Positions 19,379-28,855 of a stretch of DNA of 64,000 nt are shown here, in pieces. The DNA lies in the NCBI GenBank assembly GCA_963815115.1, contig CAWFFN010000009.1:1376001-1440000 (forward strand). The letters run 5' to 3'. The notes under the pieces are model-generated. The model was not told the origin of the DNA. It made no database searches and was given only the letters and a program-made list of their open reading frames with translations. Within the stretch, counting starts at the first letter, position 1. Each line of letters starts with the position of its first letter. The DNA comes from an uncultured delta proteobacterium. GTDB lineage: Bacteria; Desulfobacterota; Binatia; DP-6. A program made the translations under genes and the position numbers.

Positions 19379-21016
19379 ATGCCAGAGTACTCCGTCAACC
19401 CCGCCGGCGAGCGCTTTCCTCTTCCGGAGAAGAGCGAGTATGCGACCGAGCTCGCCCGGCTCGAGCAGCTCGCGAAGGCGGCCCGCGCAGAAGGCAAGGA
19501 AGTCGTGGTGGTCATGGGCGTCGGCTTCGTCGGCGCCGTCATGGCCGCGATCGTCGCCGACACGGTCGGCCCTGACGGGAAGCCGAGCAAGTTCGTGATC
19601 GGCTGCCAGCGCCCGAGCACGCGCAGCTACTGGAAGATCCCGATGCTGAACCGGGGTCTGTCACCGGTGAAGGCCGAGGACCCCGAAGTCGATCCGATGA
19701 TCCGGCGCTGCGTCCTCGAGAAGAAGACGCTGACCGCCACCTTCAACCCCGACTGCCTCCAGCTCGCCGATTGCGTCGTGGTCGACGTCCAGTGCGACTA
19801 CTCGAAGCGGAACCTCGGCAACATGCGCACCGGCGAGGTCGAGATGGGCGCGCTCGAGGCCACGCTGCGCACGATCGGCGACAAGATCGGGCCCGACTGC
19901 CTGACGCTCATCGAGACCACGGTCGCGCCGGGCACGACGGAGTTCGTCGCCTGGCCGATCCTGCAGCGCGCGTTCGCCGCGCGCGGCATCTCGTCGATGC
20001 CGGTGCTCGCGCACAGCTACGAGCGCGTGATGCCCGGCCGGGAGTACGTCGCCAGCATTCGCGACTTCTGGCGCGTGTGCAGCGGCTGCGACAAACCCGC
20101 GCGCGAGCGCGTGGTCAAGTTCCTCACCGAGGTGCTCAACACGAAGAAGTTCCCGCTCACCGTCCTCGACCGGCCGATCGAGTCGGAGACGGCGAAGATC
20201 GTCGAGAACTCGTACCGCGCCACCACGCTCGCGTTCCTGAACGAGTGGAGCCTCTTCTCCGAGCGCAACGGCGTGGACCTCACGAAGGTGATCAAGGCCA
20301 TCAAGGTCCGGCCCACGCACAGCAACATGATCTTCCCGGGCCCCGGCATCGGCGGCTACTGCCTGCCGAAGGACGGCGGGCTCGGCTACTGGGCCTACAA
20401 GCACATCCTGGGATTCGACGACGGCGACCAAGTGTTCAAGATGAGCACCACCGCCATCGACGTGAACGACACGCGCGGGCTGCACGTCGCCACGCTGACG
20501 CGCGACGCGCTCCGCAACATGGGGCGCTACATCGCCGGCGCCGAGGTGCTGATCTGCGGCGCCAGCTATCGGCAGGACGTCGGCGACACGCGGTACAGCG
20601 GCTCCGAGGTGGTCGTGCGTCGACTCACCGAGATGGGCGCCGACATGCGGGTGCACGACCCCTACGTCGAGCACTGGTTCGAGTTCGAGGAGCAGGACAC
20701 GTACCCGTCGCCGGGCCATTCGCTCGCGCGCTTCTTCCGCAACCAGGCGAACCTGACCGAGCTGCGCGTGCAGTCCGACCTGAAGGCGGCGCTCCACGGC
20801 GTCGAGGCGGTCATCCTCGCCGTGCCGCACGAGCCCTACCTGGCGCTGACGCCGGAAGAGGTCGTCGAGATGGCGGGCGGCCCCCTGGCCGTGATCGACT
20901 GCTTCGGCATCCTCGACGACGACAAGATCCGCCGGTTCTTCGAGCTCGGCTGCGAGGTGAAGGGCCTGGGTCGCGGGCACATCCAGCGCCTCAAGCAGGA
21001 AGTGCACGAACGGTAG
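19379..21016 (+). CDS. Nucleotide-sugar dehydrogenase (UDP-glucose/GDP-mannose/UDP-ManNAc dehydrogenase family)
   Basis: Rossmann motif VMGVGFVG, plus IETTVAPGTT, ERVMPG, AKIVENSYR, PGIGGYCLPKD and SYRQDVGDTRYS. Confidence 0.92.
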   Translation: MPEYSVNPAGERFPLPEKSEYATELARLEQLAKAARAEGKEVVVVMGVGFVGAVMAAIVADTVGPDGKPSKFVIGCQRPSTRSYWKIPMLNRGLSPVKAEDPEVDPMIRRCVLEKKTLTATFNPDCLQLADCVVVDVQCDYSKRNLGNMRTGEVEMGALEATLRTIGDKIGPDCLTLIETTVAPGTTEFVAWPILQRAFAARGISSMPVLAHSYERVMPGREYVASIRDFWRVCSGCDKPARERVVKFLTEVLNTKKFPLTVLDRPIESETAKIVENSYRATTLAFLNEWSLFSERNGVDLTKVIKAIKVRPTHSNMIFPGPGIGGYCLPKDGGLGYWAYKHILGFDDGDQVFKMSTTAIDVNDTRGLHVATLTRDALRNMGRYIAGAEVLICGASYRQDVGDTRYSGSEVVVRRLTEMGADMRVHDPYVEHWFEFEEQDTYPSPGHSLARFFRNQANLTELRVQSDLKAALHGVEAVILAVPHEPYLALTPEEVVEMAGGPLAVIDCFGILDDDKIRRFFELGCEVKGLGRGHIQRLKQEVHER

Positions 21017-21089
21017 GTCGGCCGCCCGCACGCCTGCATCTCGACCCCCGGGCCTGACACCGCGCCCCACCGCGTGCTACGAGCCTCGC

Positions 21090-21899
21090 ATGCCGGAGCC
21101 CGTGCTGCTGATCGACCGCGCCGACGGGGTCGCGACCCTGACGCTCAATCGCCCGCAGGCGCTGAACGCCCTCTCCCGCGAGCTGCGCCGGAATCTGCGC
21201 GACGCCTTCGCCGACCTGCCGCGCGCGGGCGACGTCGACGTGCTCATCCTCACCGGCGCTGGCCGGGCCTTCTGCGCCGGGCTCGATCTGAAGGAGCTGG
21301 GCGGAGAGACCTCGAGCCAGGGCGAGATCGCGTCCGCCATCGGCGGCGAGGACAGCCTGCTCGACGTCATGGGGCGCTGCCCGATTCCCATCATCGGCGC
21401 GATCAACGGCTTCGCGATCACGGGCGGCTTCGAGCTGGCGCTCGGTTGCGACGTGCTGATCGCGTCCACCGAGGCACGCTTCGCCGACACGCACGCGCGC
21501 GTCGGCATCATGCCGGGCTGGGGACTCAGCCAGAAGCTCTCCCGAGCGATCGGCATCTCTCGCGCCAAGGAGCTGTCGCTCACCGGCAACTACCTGCTGG
21601 CCGAGCAGGCGGCGGCGTGGGGCCTGGTGAACCGGGTGGTCGCCCCGGCCGAGCTGCTTCCCGCGTGCCGCGCGCTGGCGCAGGACATGCGCTCGTGCGC
21701 GCCGGAGGTGGTGCGGGCGTACAAGCGCGTCATCGACGAGGGCTTCGCGACCACCTTCGCCGACGGCCTCCGCATCGAGGCGGTCGCCAACCGGGAGCAC
21801 GCGCGCGCCCTCACGCCGGACGCCATCGCGGCGCGGCGCGCGAGCGTGCAGGCCCGCGGGCGCGATCAGTCGAAGAAGGTCACGCCGCCAGGGGCTTGA
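21090..21899 (+). CDS. Enoyl-CoA hydratase/isomerase
   Basis: TLNRPQALNAL, AFCAGLDLKE, INGFAITGGFELALGCD and ARVGIMPGWG motifs. Confidence 0.93.
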   Translation: MPEPVLLIDRADGVATLTLNRPQALNALSRELRRNLRDAFADLPRAGDVDVLILTGAGRAFCAGLDLKELGGETSSQGEIASAIGGEDSLLDVMGRCPIPIIGAINGFAITGGFELALGCDVLIASTEARFADTHARVGIMPGWGLSQKLSRAIGISRAKELSLTGNYLLAEQAAAWGLVNRVVAPAELLPACRALAQDMRSCAPEVVRAYKRVIDEGFATTFADGLRIEAVANREHARALTPDAIAARRASVQARGRDQSKKVTPPGA

Positions 21900-21952
21900 G
21901 CGGCAGCACCGGCAGGCGCTGCAGCGTCTGGGTCACCGGATCGGGCGCGCTC

Positions 21953-23599
21953 CTAGCGCACGACGACCGCCCCGCCGTCCTTGCGCGGATCGCCGACGGC
22001 CCGCGGCGTGCCGTCGGCGCCGAGCGCGACGGCGGAGATCGCGCCGAGGTTGGGGTACACGCGCACGGGATGGCAGTAGCGGGCCAGCTCGTCGCGCGTC
22101 GCCTCCGGCACGCCCGGCTCGGCGAGGAGCACGGCGGGCGTTCCCTGATCGTGGATGCGCGGAGCCGTCACGGCGGTCTCGACGTCGTGCCCGAACGCCA
22201 CGACGCCGAGCAGCACCTGGAGCACGCCCGAGATGATGAAGGGACCGCCCGAGCCGCCGACCACCAGCTCCGGGCGTTCGCCGTCGAGGACGATGGTCGG
22301 CGACAGGCTCGACAGCGGGCGCTTGCCCGGCGCGATGCTGTTGGCGGCGGAGCCGACGAGACCGTAGACGTTCGCCACGCCGGGTGCGACGGCGAAGTCG
22401 TCCATCTCGTTGTTCAGCACGATGCCGGTGCCGCCGGCCATGATGCCGGCGCCGAAGCCGGTGTTGATGGTGGTCGTCAGGGCGACCGCGTTGCCCTCGC
22501 CGTCGACCACGGACACGTTCGCGGTGCCGGCGTCACGGGCGAGCGTGGTCTCCGCCTCGGGACACTGGCGCGCGCTCATCTCGGCGCGCAGGCGGGCAAG
22601 CCGTGCCGGCGCCAGGAGCGCGGCGACCGGAACGGAGGTGAATTCGGGATCGCCGTACCAGCGCGCGCGGTCGGCGAACGACTGCACCATCACGTCGGCG
22701 AGGAGATGCAACCACCTCGCCGGCTCCGCGGCCAGGGCGGCGGGATCGTCGCCGGCGAGCAGGCCGAGCGCCTCGAGCACGATGCCGCCCGAGGCGGGCG
22801 GCGGAAAGGCGATCACCGAGCGGCCGCGGTAGCGCGCGACCAGCGGCTTCCGCCAGCGCACGCGGTAGTCCGAGAGGTCGCGGGCGGTCAGCACACCGCC
22901 GCGACCCTGCACCGTCGCGACGATCGCCGATGCGACGGGGCCGGCATAGAAGGATCCGGCGCCGTGGGCGCCGATCGCCTCCAGCGTGCGGGCGAGGTCG
23001 GCCTGGACGACGCGGAAGCCCGGTCCGGGCACCTGGCCGTCCGGCTGCAGGAACACCGCGCGCAGGCCGGGGTCACCCTGGAGCAGCGCACGCGAGCGCT
23101 CGATCTGCTGGCGGAGGTGCGGCGCCTGGTCGAGCGCGAAGCCGTCGCGTGCCAGCCGGATCGCCGGCGCCAGCACGGTGGCGAGCGGCAGGCGGCCGAA
23201 GCGGGCGTGCAGGGCCTCCCAGCCCGCCACCTCTCCGGGGACCGCGACGGCGAGCCCGCCCCGTTGCAGGCGCTCGGGGTGCGGCACGCCGCTCTCGAGA
23301 TAGCGGTCCTGCGTGGCGCCTGCCGGCGCGCGCTCGCGAAAATCGAGTGCGAACGACGTGCCGCCGGCGAGACGGCCGAGCGCGAAGCCGCCGCCACCGA
23401 CGCCGCACGACGACGCGTGCACGATGCAGCCCGCCGCCGCCGCGGCGACGGCCGCGTCCACGGCACTCCCGCCGAGCCGCAGCACTTCCGCGCCGGCCTC
23501 GGCGGCGAGGCGGTGCTCGGCGGCGACGGCGCCCACGCGGGCGTCGGCGGCCAGCGGGCACGCGAGCAGCAGAGCCAGCCAGATGGCGAGACGAAGCAC
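21953..23599 (-). CDS. ggt: Gamma-glutamyltransferase
   Basis: GGSAVDAAVA, GVGGGGF, LDFRERAP, VAVPG, GTANVSVVD (Thr nucleophile), LNNEMDDF, PGKRPLSS and GDPRKDG motifs. Confidence 0.92.
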   Translation of the reverse strand: MLRLAIWLALLLACPLAADARVGAVAAEHRLAAEAGAEVLRLGGSAVDAAVAAAAAGCIVHASSCGVGGGGFALGRLAGGTSFALDFRERAPAGATQDRYLESGVPHPERLQRGGLAVAVPGEVAGWEALHARFGRLPLATVLAPAIRLARDGFALDQAPHLRQQIERSRALLQGDPGLRAVFLQPDGQVPGPGFRVVQADLARTLEAIGAHGAGSFYAGPVASAIVATVQGRGGVLTARDLSDYRVRWRKPLVARYRGRSVIAFPPPASGGIVLEALGLLAGDDPAALAAEPARWLHLLADVMVQSFADRARWYGDPEFTSVPVAALLAPARLARLRAEMSARQCPEAETTLARDAGTANVSVVDGEGNAVALTTTINTGFGAGIMAGGTGIVLNNEMDDFAVAPGVANVYGLVGSAANSIAPGKRPLSSLSPTIVLDGERPELVVGGSGGPFIISGVLQVLLGVVAFGHDVETAVTAPRIHDQGTPAVLLAEPGVPEATRDELARYCHPVRVYPNLGAISAVALGADGTPRAVGDPRKDGGAVVVR

Positions 23600-23678
23600 C
23601 CTCGGGCTGGTATATCGCCGGTCCAGCAGCGGCAAACGCTTGCCGCTTCGGCCGCGTGTGCTAAGGGGGCGTCGAGCG

Positions 23679-24923
23679 ATGGCGAAGCCGCCCCGGAGGC
23701 GACAGGGCGCCCAGCCCTACGGGGAGAAGGAATTCTACCTCGAGGAGTTTCGCGGGCGCAGCGTGCTCATCGCCGTCGCGCCGGCGACGGTGGCGAGCCG
23801 GGCGTCGCTCAAGTCACTGGGCGCGGCGGTGGCGGCGCTGGTGCGCAACGACACCCTCGTCGTTCTCTGGTGGCCGCACGTGGTTCCACACTCCGAGCGG
23901 CGTCTCCTCGCCGCGCTCGGCCGGGGACCCCGCAAGGTTGCGCGCGGATACCGCAAGCGTCGGCGCGTGCGCCGGCGCCGCCTGCCGTCGCCGGTGCTGC
24001 GCGTGGGGAACGGTGCGCTCGACCTGCCGCGTAACGCCGCCGACCTGCGCAGCGCCATGTGGTCCCGGCTGCGGACGGGCGGGCTGTGCGTGCTCGCCGT
24101 GAGCGGCCTCGCCGTCTTCCCGCGGCATCCGCTCGAGCTCGCGGTCGCGCTGCGCGTGCCCAAGGCGGTGCTGGTCGACCCCCGGGGCGGGCTCGACGCG
24201 GAGGGCGGCCGCCTCTCCTTCGTCGACGAGAACGTGCTCGAGACCGTGCTCCTCCAGGGTCAGGCCGAGTGGACCGGGCTCGGGGACCGCCGCGCCCTCC
24301 TGGTCGCCGTGCGGGAGGCGCTCGAGAGCGGCGTCGAGCAGGTGAACCTCTGCCCGCCCGATGGCGTGACCGAGGAGCTGTTCAGCTACACCGGCTCGGG
24401 GACGCTGTTCACCGAGGGGGACTACACGCGCGTCGGCCCGCTCGCGCTCGACGAGTACGAGCAGGCGGAGCGCCTGCTCGAGCGCGGCGCGCGCGAGGGC
24501 GTGCTCAAGCTCCGCTCCACCGACGAGGTCGCCCGGGTGCTGGGCGCCGGCTTCGGCGTCACGGTGTGCGGGCGCCACCTGGCGGGAGTGGCCGGCCTGC
24601 TCACGGCGCCGTACGCCGAGGAGCACGCGGGCGAGATCGTGGGCCTCTACACCATCAACCGCTTCAAGGGAGAAGGGCTGGGCGACCGACTGGTGGCCCG
24701 CATCGTGCAGGAAGGGGAGGCCCTCGGCCTCGACTTCGTGTTCGCCTGCACCGTGGACGAGCACGCGCAGCAGTTCTTCGAGCGCCAGGGCTTCGTCCGC
24801 GTCGGTGCCGACGACGTGCCACGGAGCAAGTGGGTGGGCTACGACGCGCGGCGCCGGCAACGCGTGGCGGTCCTGCGCGCGACGCTGCCCGCCCGTGTCT
24901 CGGCGGCGGATCGCGCCTCGTGA
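23679..24923 (+). CDS. ArgA (N-acetylglutamate synthase)-like protein: degenerate amino-acid-kinase domain plus GNAT domain
   Basis: N-terminus FYLEEFRGRSVLIA, ArgA-type linker ELFSYTGSGTL, and GNAT motif A in RFKGEGLGDRLV and FFERQGF. Confidence 0.7.
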   Translation: MAKPPRRRQGAQPYGEKEFYLEEFRGRSVLIAVAPATVASRASLKSLGAAVAALVRNDTLVVLWWPHVVPHSERRLLAALGRGPRKVARGYRKRRRVRRRRLPSPVLRVGNGALDLPRNAADLRSAMWSRLRTGGLCVLAVSGLAVFPRHPLELAVALRVPKAVLVDPRGGLDAEGGRLSFVDENVLETVLLQGQAEWTGLGDRRALLVAVREALESGVEQVNLCPPDGVTEELFSYTGSGTLFTEGDYTRVGPLALDEYEQAERLLERGAREGVLKLRSTDEVARVLGAGFGVTVCGRHLAGVAGLLTAPYAEEHAGEIVGLYTINRFKGEGLGDRLVARIVQEGEALGLDFVFACTVDEHAQQFFERQGFVRVGADDVPRSKWVGYDARRRQRVAVLRATLPARVSAADRAS

Positions 24924-25204
24924 GCGCCTGGCTGCGCGCCCTGGGGGCGCTCGTGCTCGGGCTCGGGCTCGGGACCGCGGCGGTCGCGGGCTGGCACTTC
25001 ACGCGCGACACCCAGTTCGCGGAGATCCTGGCGGCGTACGAGCGTCACCCGGAGCACGCCCTTTTCCAGGCCGATTACTGGATCGCCGCCGCGCGCCACT
25101 ACGGCCTGCTGGCGCTCGTCGTGGGCTCGTTCCTCTTCGGCCTCACGGCGGGCAGCGTGCTCCTCGGACTGGGCGAGGTGCTGCGCCGCGTGCCCCGTCG
25201 CTGA
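24920..25204 (+). CDS. Small 2-TM membrane protein
   Basis: GTGA overlap with the upstream stop and two hydrophobic helices. Confidence 0.7.
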   Translation: MSAWLRALGALVLGLGLGTAAVAGWHFTRDTQFAEILAAYERHPEHALFQADYWIAAARHYGLLALVVGSFLFGLTAGSVLLGLGEVLRRVPRR

Positions 25205-25215
25205 TCGGGAGCGGC

Positions 25216-25253
25216 AAAAGAAAAGGCCGGATGGACCCGGGGTCCATCCGGCC
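25216..25253 (-). terminator. Rho-independent terminator of the SCP2 gene
   Basis: GGCCGGATGGACC/GGTCCATCCGGCC stem followed on the minus strand by TTTTCTTTT. Confidence 0.85.
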
Positions 25254-25275
25254 GATGGGCACGATACGGAACGCG

Positions 25276-25599
25276 TCAGGCCGGGCGCTTGAACAGGGTC
25301 TGCATCTTCATCGCCAGACCCATGTCGCCGGAGATCTTGAGCTTGCCGCTCATGAACGCCATCTGCCCGTTCAGCTTGCCCGTGGTCATGTCGACATAGT
25401 CCTGCGCGGACATCGACATGGTCATGTTCGCCGACGGCGCGGTCCCCTCGTGGACCTCGGCCTTGCCGTCCTTGATGTTCACGTACCACTGACCGCCGTT
25501 GTCGCCGCTCAGGTTGAACTGGATGGTCGAGTTCATGCCCTTGGCGGCGTTCGCGTCGAGCTGGTTCGGCATCTCTGCGAAAATATCCTTGGGGGTCAT
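25276..25599 (-). CDS. SCP2 sterol/lipid-binding domain protein
   Basis: TIQFNLSG..GGQWY and GKLNGQMAFMSGKLKISGDMGLAMK motifs, with a strong GAGGAG RBS. Confidence 0.93.
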   Translation of the reverse strand: MTPKDIFAEMPNQLDANAAKGMNSTIQFNLSGDNGGQWYVNIKDGKAEVHEGTAPSANMTMSMSAQDYVDMTTGKLNGQMAFMSGKLKISGDMGLAMKMQTLFKRPA

Positions 25600-25675
25600 T
25601 CCGAAACTCCTCCTCTCAATGGGTGGTGGGGGCTGACCGGCTTAGGTAGGCTAGGAGGGCGGAGCTTGTCAAGGT

Positions 25676-26446
25676 ATGGAGCCGTTGCTCGAGAGGCTGC
25701 GGGCGCGCCTCGCGCCGCACGGTCTGAATCTCGTCGGCATGGCCGAGATTGCGGCATACGACGCCGTCGCTCCGCCCGCCTGGGCGGTGGGCCCGCGGAT
25801 CCGCGATGCCCGCACGGCGGTGGTGATTGGCAGCGGCGGTGGTGCGTTCTGGGCCGCGTTCCAGCGCCACCTCGACGACGACCCAGCGGCCGCTCGCCAG
25901 CCCGATCCACTCGATGCCTTCACCCGGCACGTGGTCACCCAGGCCATCGCGCCGTTGCGGGACCAGCTCGGCACCGGCGCGCGCCTCGTCTACCCGTTCG
26001 AGTGCCACGTGGTGCCGGTGTCGTTCATGCACCTCGCGGAATGCGCCGGCCTGGGTCGGGCAAGCCTCCTCGGCGTGCTCGTGCATCCCGACTACGGGCC
26101 GTGGATGGCGCTGCGGGCGGCGATCCTGCTGCCCTTCGCGCTGACGGCTCCGCGACCGGCCGACGGGTTCGATCCGTGCCCCACGTGCGTCGAGCGTCCA
26201 TGCATCGCGGCGTGCCCGGTCGGTGCCGTGGGGCCTGCCGGCTGGGACGTGCCGCGGTGCATCGCGCATCGCGTCTCTCCGGCCGACGGCTGCGGCACCG
26301 GCTGCCACGCGCGGCTCGCCTGCGTCTACGGCCGTGAGCACCACTACCCGCCCGACGCGCTCGCCTTCCACCAAGGCTACGCCCGGGGGGCGATCGGAGC
26401 CGCGCCCGGGCCCCCCAACGAATCTCCTGAAACCCCCGCTCGCTAG
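25676..26446 (+). CDS. Fe-S protein with QueG/CblC-like cobalamin-binding fold features
   Basis: AGLG..S.LG..VHPDYGPWMALRAA, CPTCVERPCIAACPVGA and C..GCHARLAC motifs. Confidence 0.6.
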   Translation: MEPLLERLRARLAPHGLNLVGMAEIAAYDAVAPPAWAVGPRIRDARTAVVIGSGGGAFWAAFQRHLDDDPAAARQPDPLDAFTRHVVTQAIAPLRDQLGTGARLVYPFECHVVPVSFMHLAECAGLGRASLLGVLVHPDYGPWMALRAAILLPFALTAPRPADGFDPCPTCVERPCIAACPVGAVGPAGWDVPRCIAHRVSPADGCGTGCHARLACVYGREHHYPPDALAFHQGYARGAIGAAPGPPNESPETPAR

Positions 26447-26518
26447 GTGTCCTGTCCGACCCACCCGAGGGTCGGCTCGATCGCCCTACGTCGGCCCACC
26501 GACCCGCCGGGCGAAGCG

Positions 26519-27862
26519 TCAGTCGACGAATGCTCCCGATGGTGAGCCCTTGATCCGTGCACGCAGCTCGAGCGGACCGTTCAGGCGCGCCTCCCGGAAG
26601 GCGGCCTCCCAACAACTGCCCTCCGAGCTCTGCAGCTGCACCAGGACTGGCAGCTCCGCCGGAAGCGGCGCGAGACCGACGCTCGGCCCCTTCGCGAGGA
26701 TCGACAGCTCGGCCCTCTTGCGGTCGCCCGCCTCGAGATCCACCGAACGAACACCGTCGGACGCGCCAGACCGGTCGGTATAGCGATAGCCGTTGCGCTT
26801 GGGGATCCAGCAGGGCTTGCCGCCGCACGAGCCGCCAGCCGGGACTTCGAGACCGGCCAGGAGGCTGAGCCCGAAGAACGGTTCGGTCTCGAACACGCAC
26901 AGCTGGTAGGAGGTGTCCGAGCGCGGATCGCCGAGCTCGCCAATCGCGATGCCGGTTTCGGGCGCCAGTTGCCAGGCGACCACGTCCTTCTTGTCGTGCG
27001 GATCGTCACGCAGGCGAAGGGTGGAGCGCCCGGAGCCGAGCGAGGAGCAGGAGAATGCCGGCCGCGCGACGCAGCCCTCGAAGAAGTCGCACTGCGAGCA
27101 GGGTCCGCACTCGACGGGGGTCGCCCCGAAGCAGAATCCGTCGTCGCAAGCGTCACCGGTCGTGCATTGGTTGAAGTCGTCGCAGCTGGTCCCGTCGGCC
27201 ACGACCTCGCCCCGACAGAAGCCGTCGACGCACGTGTCATCCGTCGTGCATTGGTTGAAGTCGTCGCACGGACCATCGATCGGGACGGTCTGGCAGCTGC
27301 CACTCCCGTTGCATGTCGCCGACGTACAGGGCCCTGAGAAGCCGCAGGGCGTGCCCTCGGGAGCGACCGAGTCGCAGCTGGCCGAACAGCAGTCGAAGTC
27401 GAACTGGTTCCCGTCGTCGCACACCTCACCAGGGTCAAGCGCGCCGTTTCCGCAGCGACTGCCTGTGACATTGATCGGATACGGGAACGTGGAAATCCCG
27501 CATTGGGCCACGGCGGTGAAGGCGCGCCCATCCGGAGCGACAGTTCCGGACAGGGTCACTGCGCTTCCGCAGAATGACTGGTCGGAGCCGCTCATCGTGA
27601 ACGCACCGCTGGTCGAATCGATCGTGCCGGCCAGCTGGAGTGACAACACGGAGCAGGGAGGGGACGACGTGGCGAGCATCGAACCCGTCTGCGTCAGGCC
27701 GAGCGTGCAGCTGACGACGATCGGCGGCGACAGGGTGCTGAGGGTGGTGAACCAGAGCCCGCTCGCGTTGATGGTGGCATTCGCCGGCGGCGCCATAATC
27801 CCCAGGAGCAGCGTGACGGCAATTCCAGCTAGCGGCTTCGTGCGGTCCGTTCGCTCGTCCAT
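26519..27862 (-). CDS. Secreted Cys-rich repeat protein (myxococcal Cys-rich/DUF4215-like repeat plus conserved C-terminal domain)
   Basis: Signal peptide, CGNGALDPGEVCDDGN, two CDDFNQCT repeats, and a C-terminus ending GSPSGAFVD. Confidence 0.82.
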   Translation of the reverse strand: MDERTDRTKPLAGIAVTLLLGIMAPPANATINASGLWFTTLSTLSPPIVVSCTLGLTQTGSMLATSSPPCSVLSLQLAGTIDSTSGAFTMSGSDQSFCGSAVTLSGTVAPDGRAFTAVAQCGISTFPYPINVTGSRCGNGALDPGEVCDDGNQFDFDCCSASCDSVAPEGTPCGFSGPCTSATCNGSGSCQTVPIDGPCDDFNQCTTDDTCVDGFCRGEVVADGTSCDDFNQCTTGDACDDGFCFGATPVECGPCSQCDFFEGCVARPAFSCSSLGSGRSTLRLRDDPHDKKDVVAWQLAPETGIAIGELGDPRSDTSYQLCVFETEPFFGLSLLAGLEVPAGGSCGGKPCWIPKRNGYRYTDRSGASDGVRSVDLEAGDRKRAELSILAKGPSVGLAPLPAELPVLVQLQSSEGSCWEAAFREARLNGPLELRARIKGSPSGAFVD

Positions 27863-28131
27863 GACGCCTCCGTTGATCGGGTCCCAGTGCCAGGAGATCG
27901 ACCCCGCTCGCCGCGAGTACACCAGTACAGGAGTATCCTCATATAGCACTCGCGCATCAATATCAACGGTCTAGCATATTATTTGGACAGTCGCAATCTC
28001 AGATTGGCCCTGCAATGGCTTCTTTCGTGCAGAGGGTGTGGCGACCTGTCGATGGATCGCTCGCGCCGCGGTGGATGCATCTTTGATTGGTGCTCCGACG
28101 CCGCGCGGGGCGCCGGACACCGCAGCAGCAG

Positions 28132-28845
28132 CTATCCCAGCGCCTCCACGAACCCCCGCGCCAGTGCCGGTGCCCGTCCCTCGTCGTGCTTCAGGAAGAC
28201 GTACACCCGTCCCCATCCCTCCACCGCACGCAACCGCGCCGCCCAGTCGGTCAGCTCTGCGGGCTCGTAGTCGCGCCGGAGCCGGACGTAGCCGAAGGGC
28301 GCCGTACGCACGAGCGGCGTGTCGAGGTCGTCGGTCTGGGCGATGCAGAGGGCGGCGCCGTGCGCTCGCAGCAGCGACCAGGTCGCGTCCTGGAACCATG
28401 ACTCGTGCCGGAACTCGAACGCCGGCTCGGTGCCGGGGGGCAGCGCGATGAGGAAGGTCTCGAGCCGGGGCAGATCGGCCTTCAAATTGGGTGGGAGCTG
28501 GAAGAGCAGGGGGCCGCGCTTGTGCTCCAGCGCCTCGCTGCGCCGCACGAACTCGCGCGCCGGCTCGGCGGCTTCCTTCAGACGCAGCCGGTGCGTGATC
28601 TGCTGCGGTGCCTTGAGCGCGAAGCGGAAGTGCGCCGGCGTCTGCGCCGTCCAGGAGGAGAGCAGCGCCGGGGCGGGCATGCGGTAGAAGGTGTTGTTGA
28701 TCTCGACGGTGGGGAAGACGCCGGCGTAGAAGCCCAGCATGCCGGCGGCAGGGAGCTTCTCGGGATAGAACGGCCCGCGCCAGGCCGGGTAGCTGAAGCC
28801 GGACGTCCCGACGAGGAACTCGGTCGGCTGGGTGCTGTTCGCCAC
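28132..28845 (-). CDS. DUF72 (YecE-like) protein
   Basis: VGTSGFSYPAWRGPFYP, TVEINNTFYRMP, FALKAPQQITH, LFQLPP, FEFRHESW and YVRLR motifs. Confidence 0.93.
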   Translation of the reverse strand: MANSTQPTEFLVGTSGFSYPAWRGPFYPEKLPAAGMLGFYAGVFPTVEINNTFYRMPAPALLSSWTAQTPAHFRFALKAPQQITHRLRLKEAAEPAREFVRRSEALEHKRGPLLFQLPPNLKADLPRLETFLIALPPGTEPAFEFRHESWFQDATWSLLRAHGAALCIAQTDDLDTPLVRTAPFGYVRLRRDYEPAELTDWAARLRAVEGWGRVYVFLKHDEGRAPALARGFVEALG

Positions 28846-28855
28846 GGCGCCTCGC

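Noticed and set aside
21074-24034. 986-aa ORF and similar long antisense/off-frame ORFs (e.g. 29235-31625, 55675-57861, 37418-39421 N-part)
   Set aside because: Shadows of well-supported genes, with low-complexity Arg/Ala/Gly composition and no motifs.
27157-27270. Direct repeat GTCGTGCATTGGTTGAAGTCGTCGCA occurring twice
   Set aside because: An intragenic duplication encoding the CDDFNQCTT Cys repeats. Two copies only, and no cas genes.
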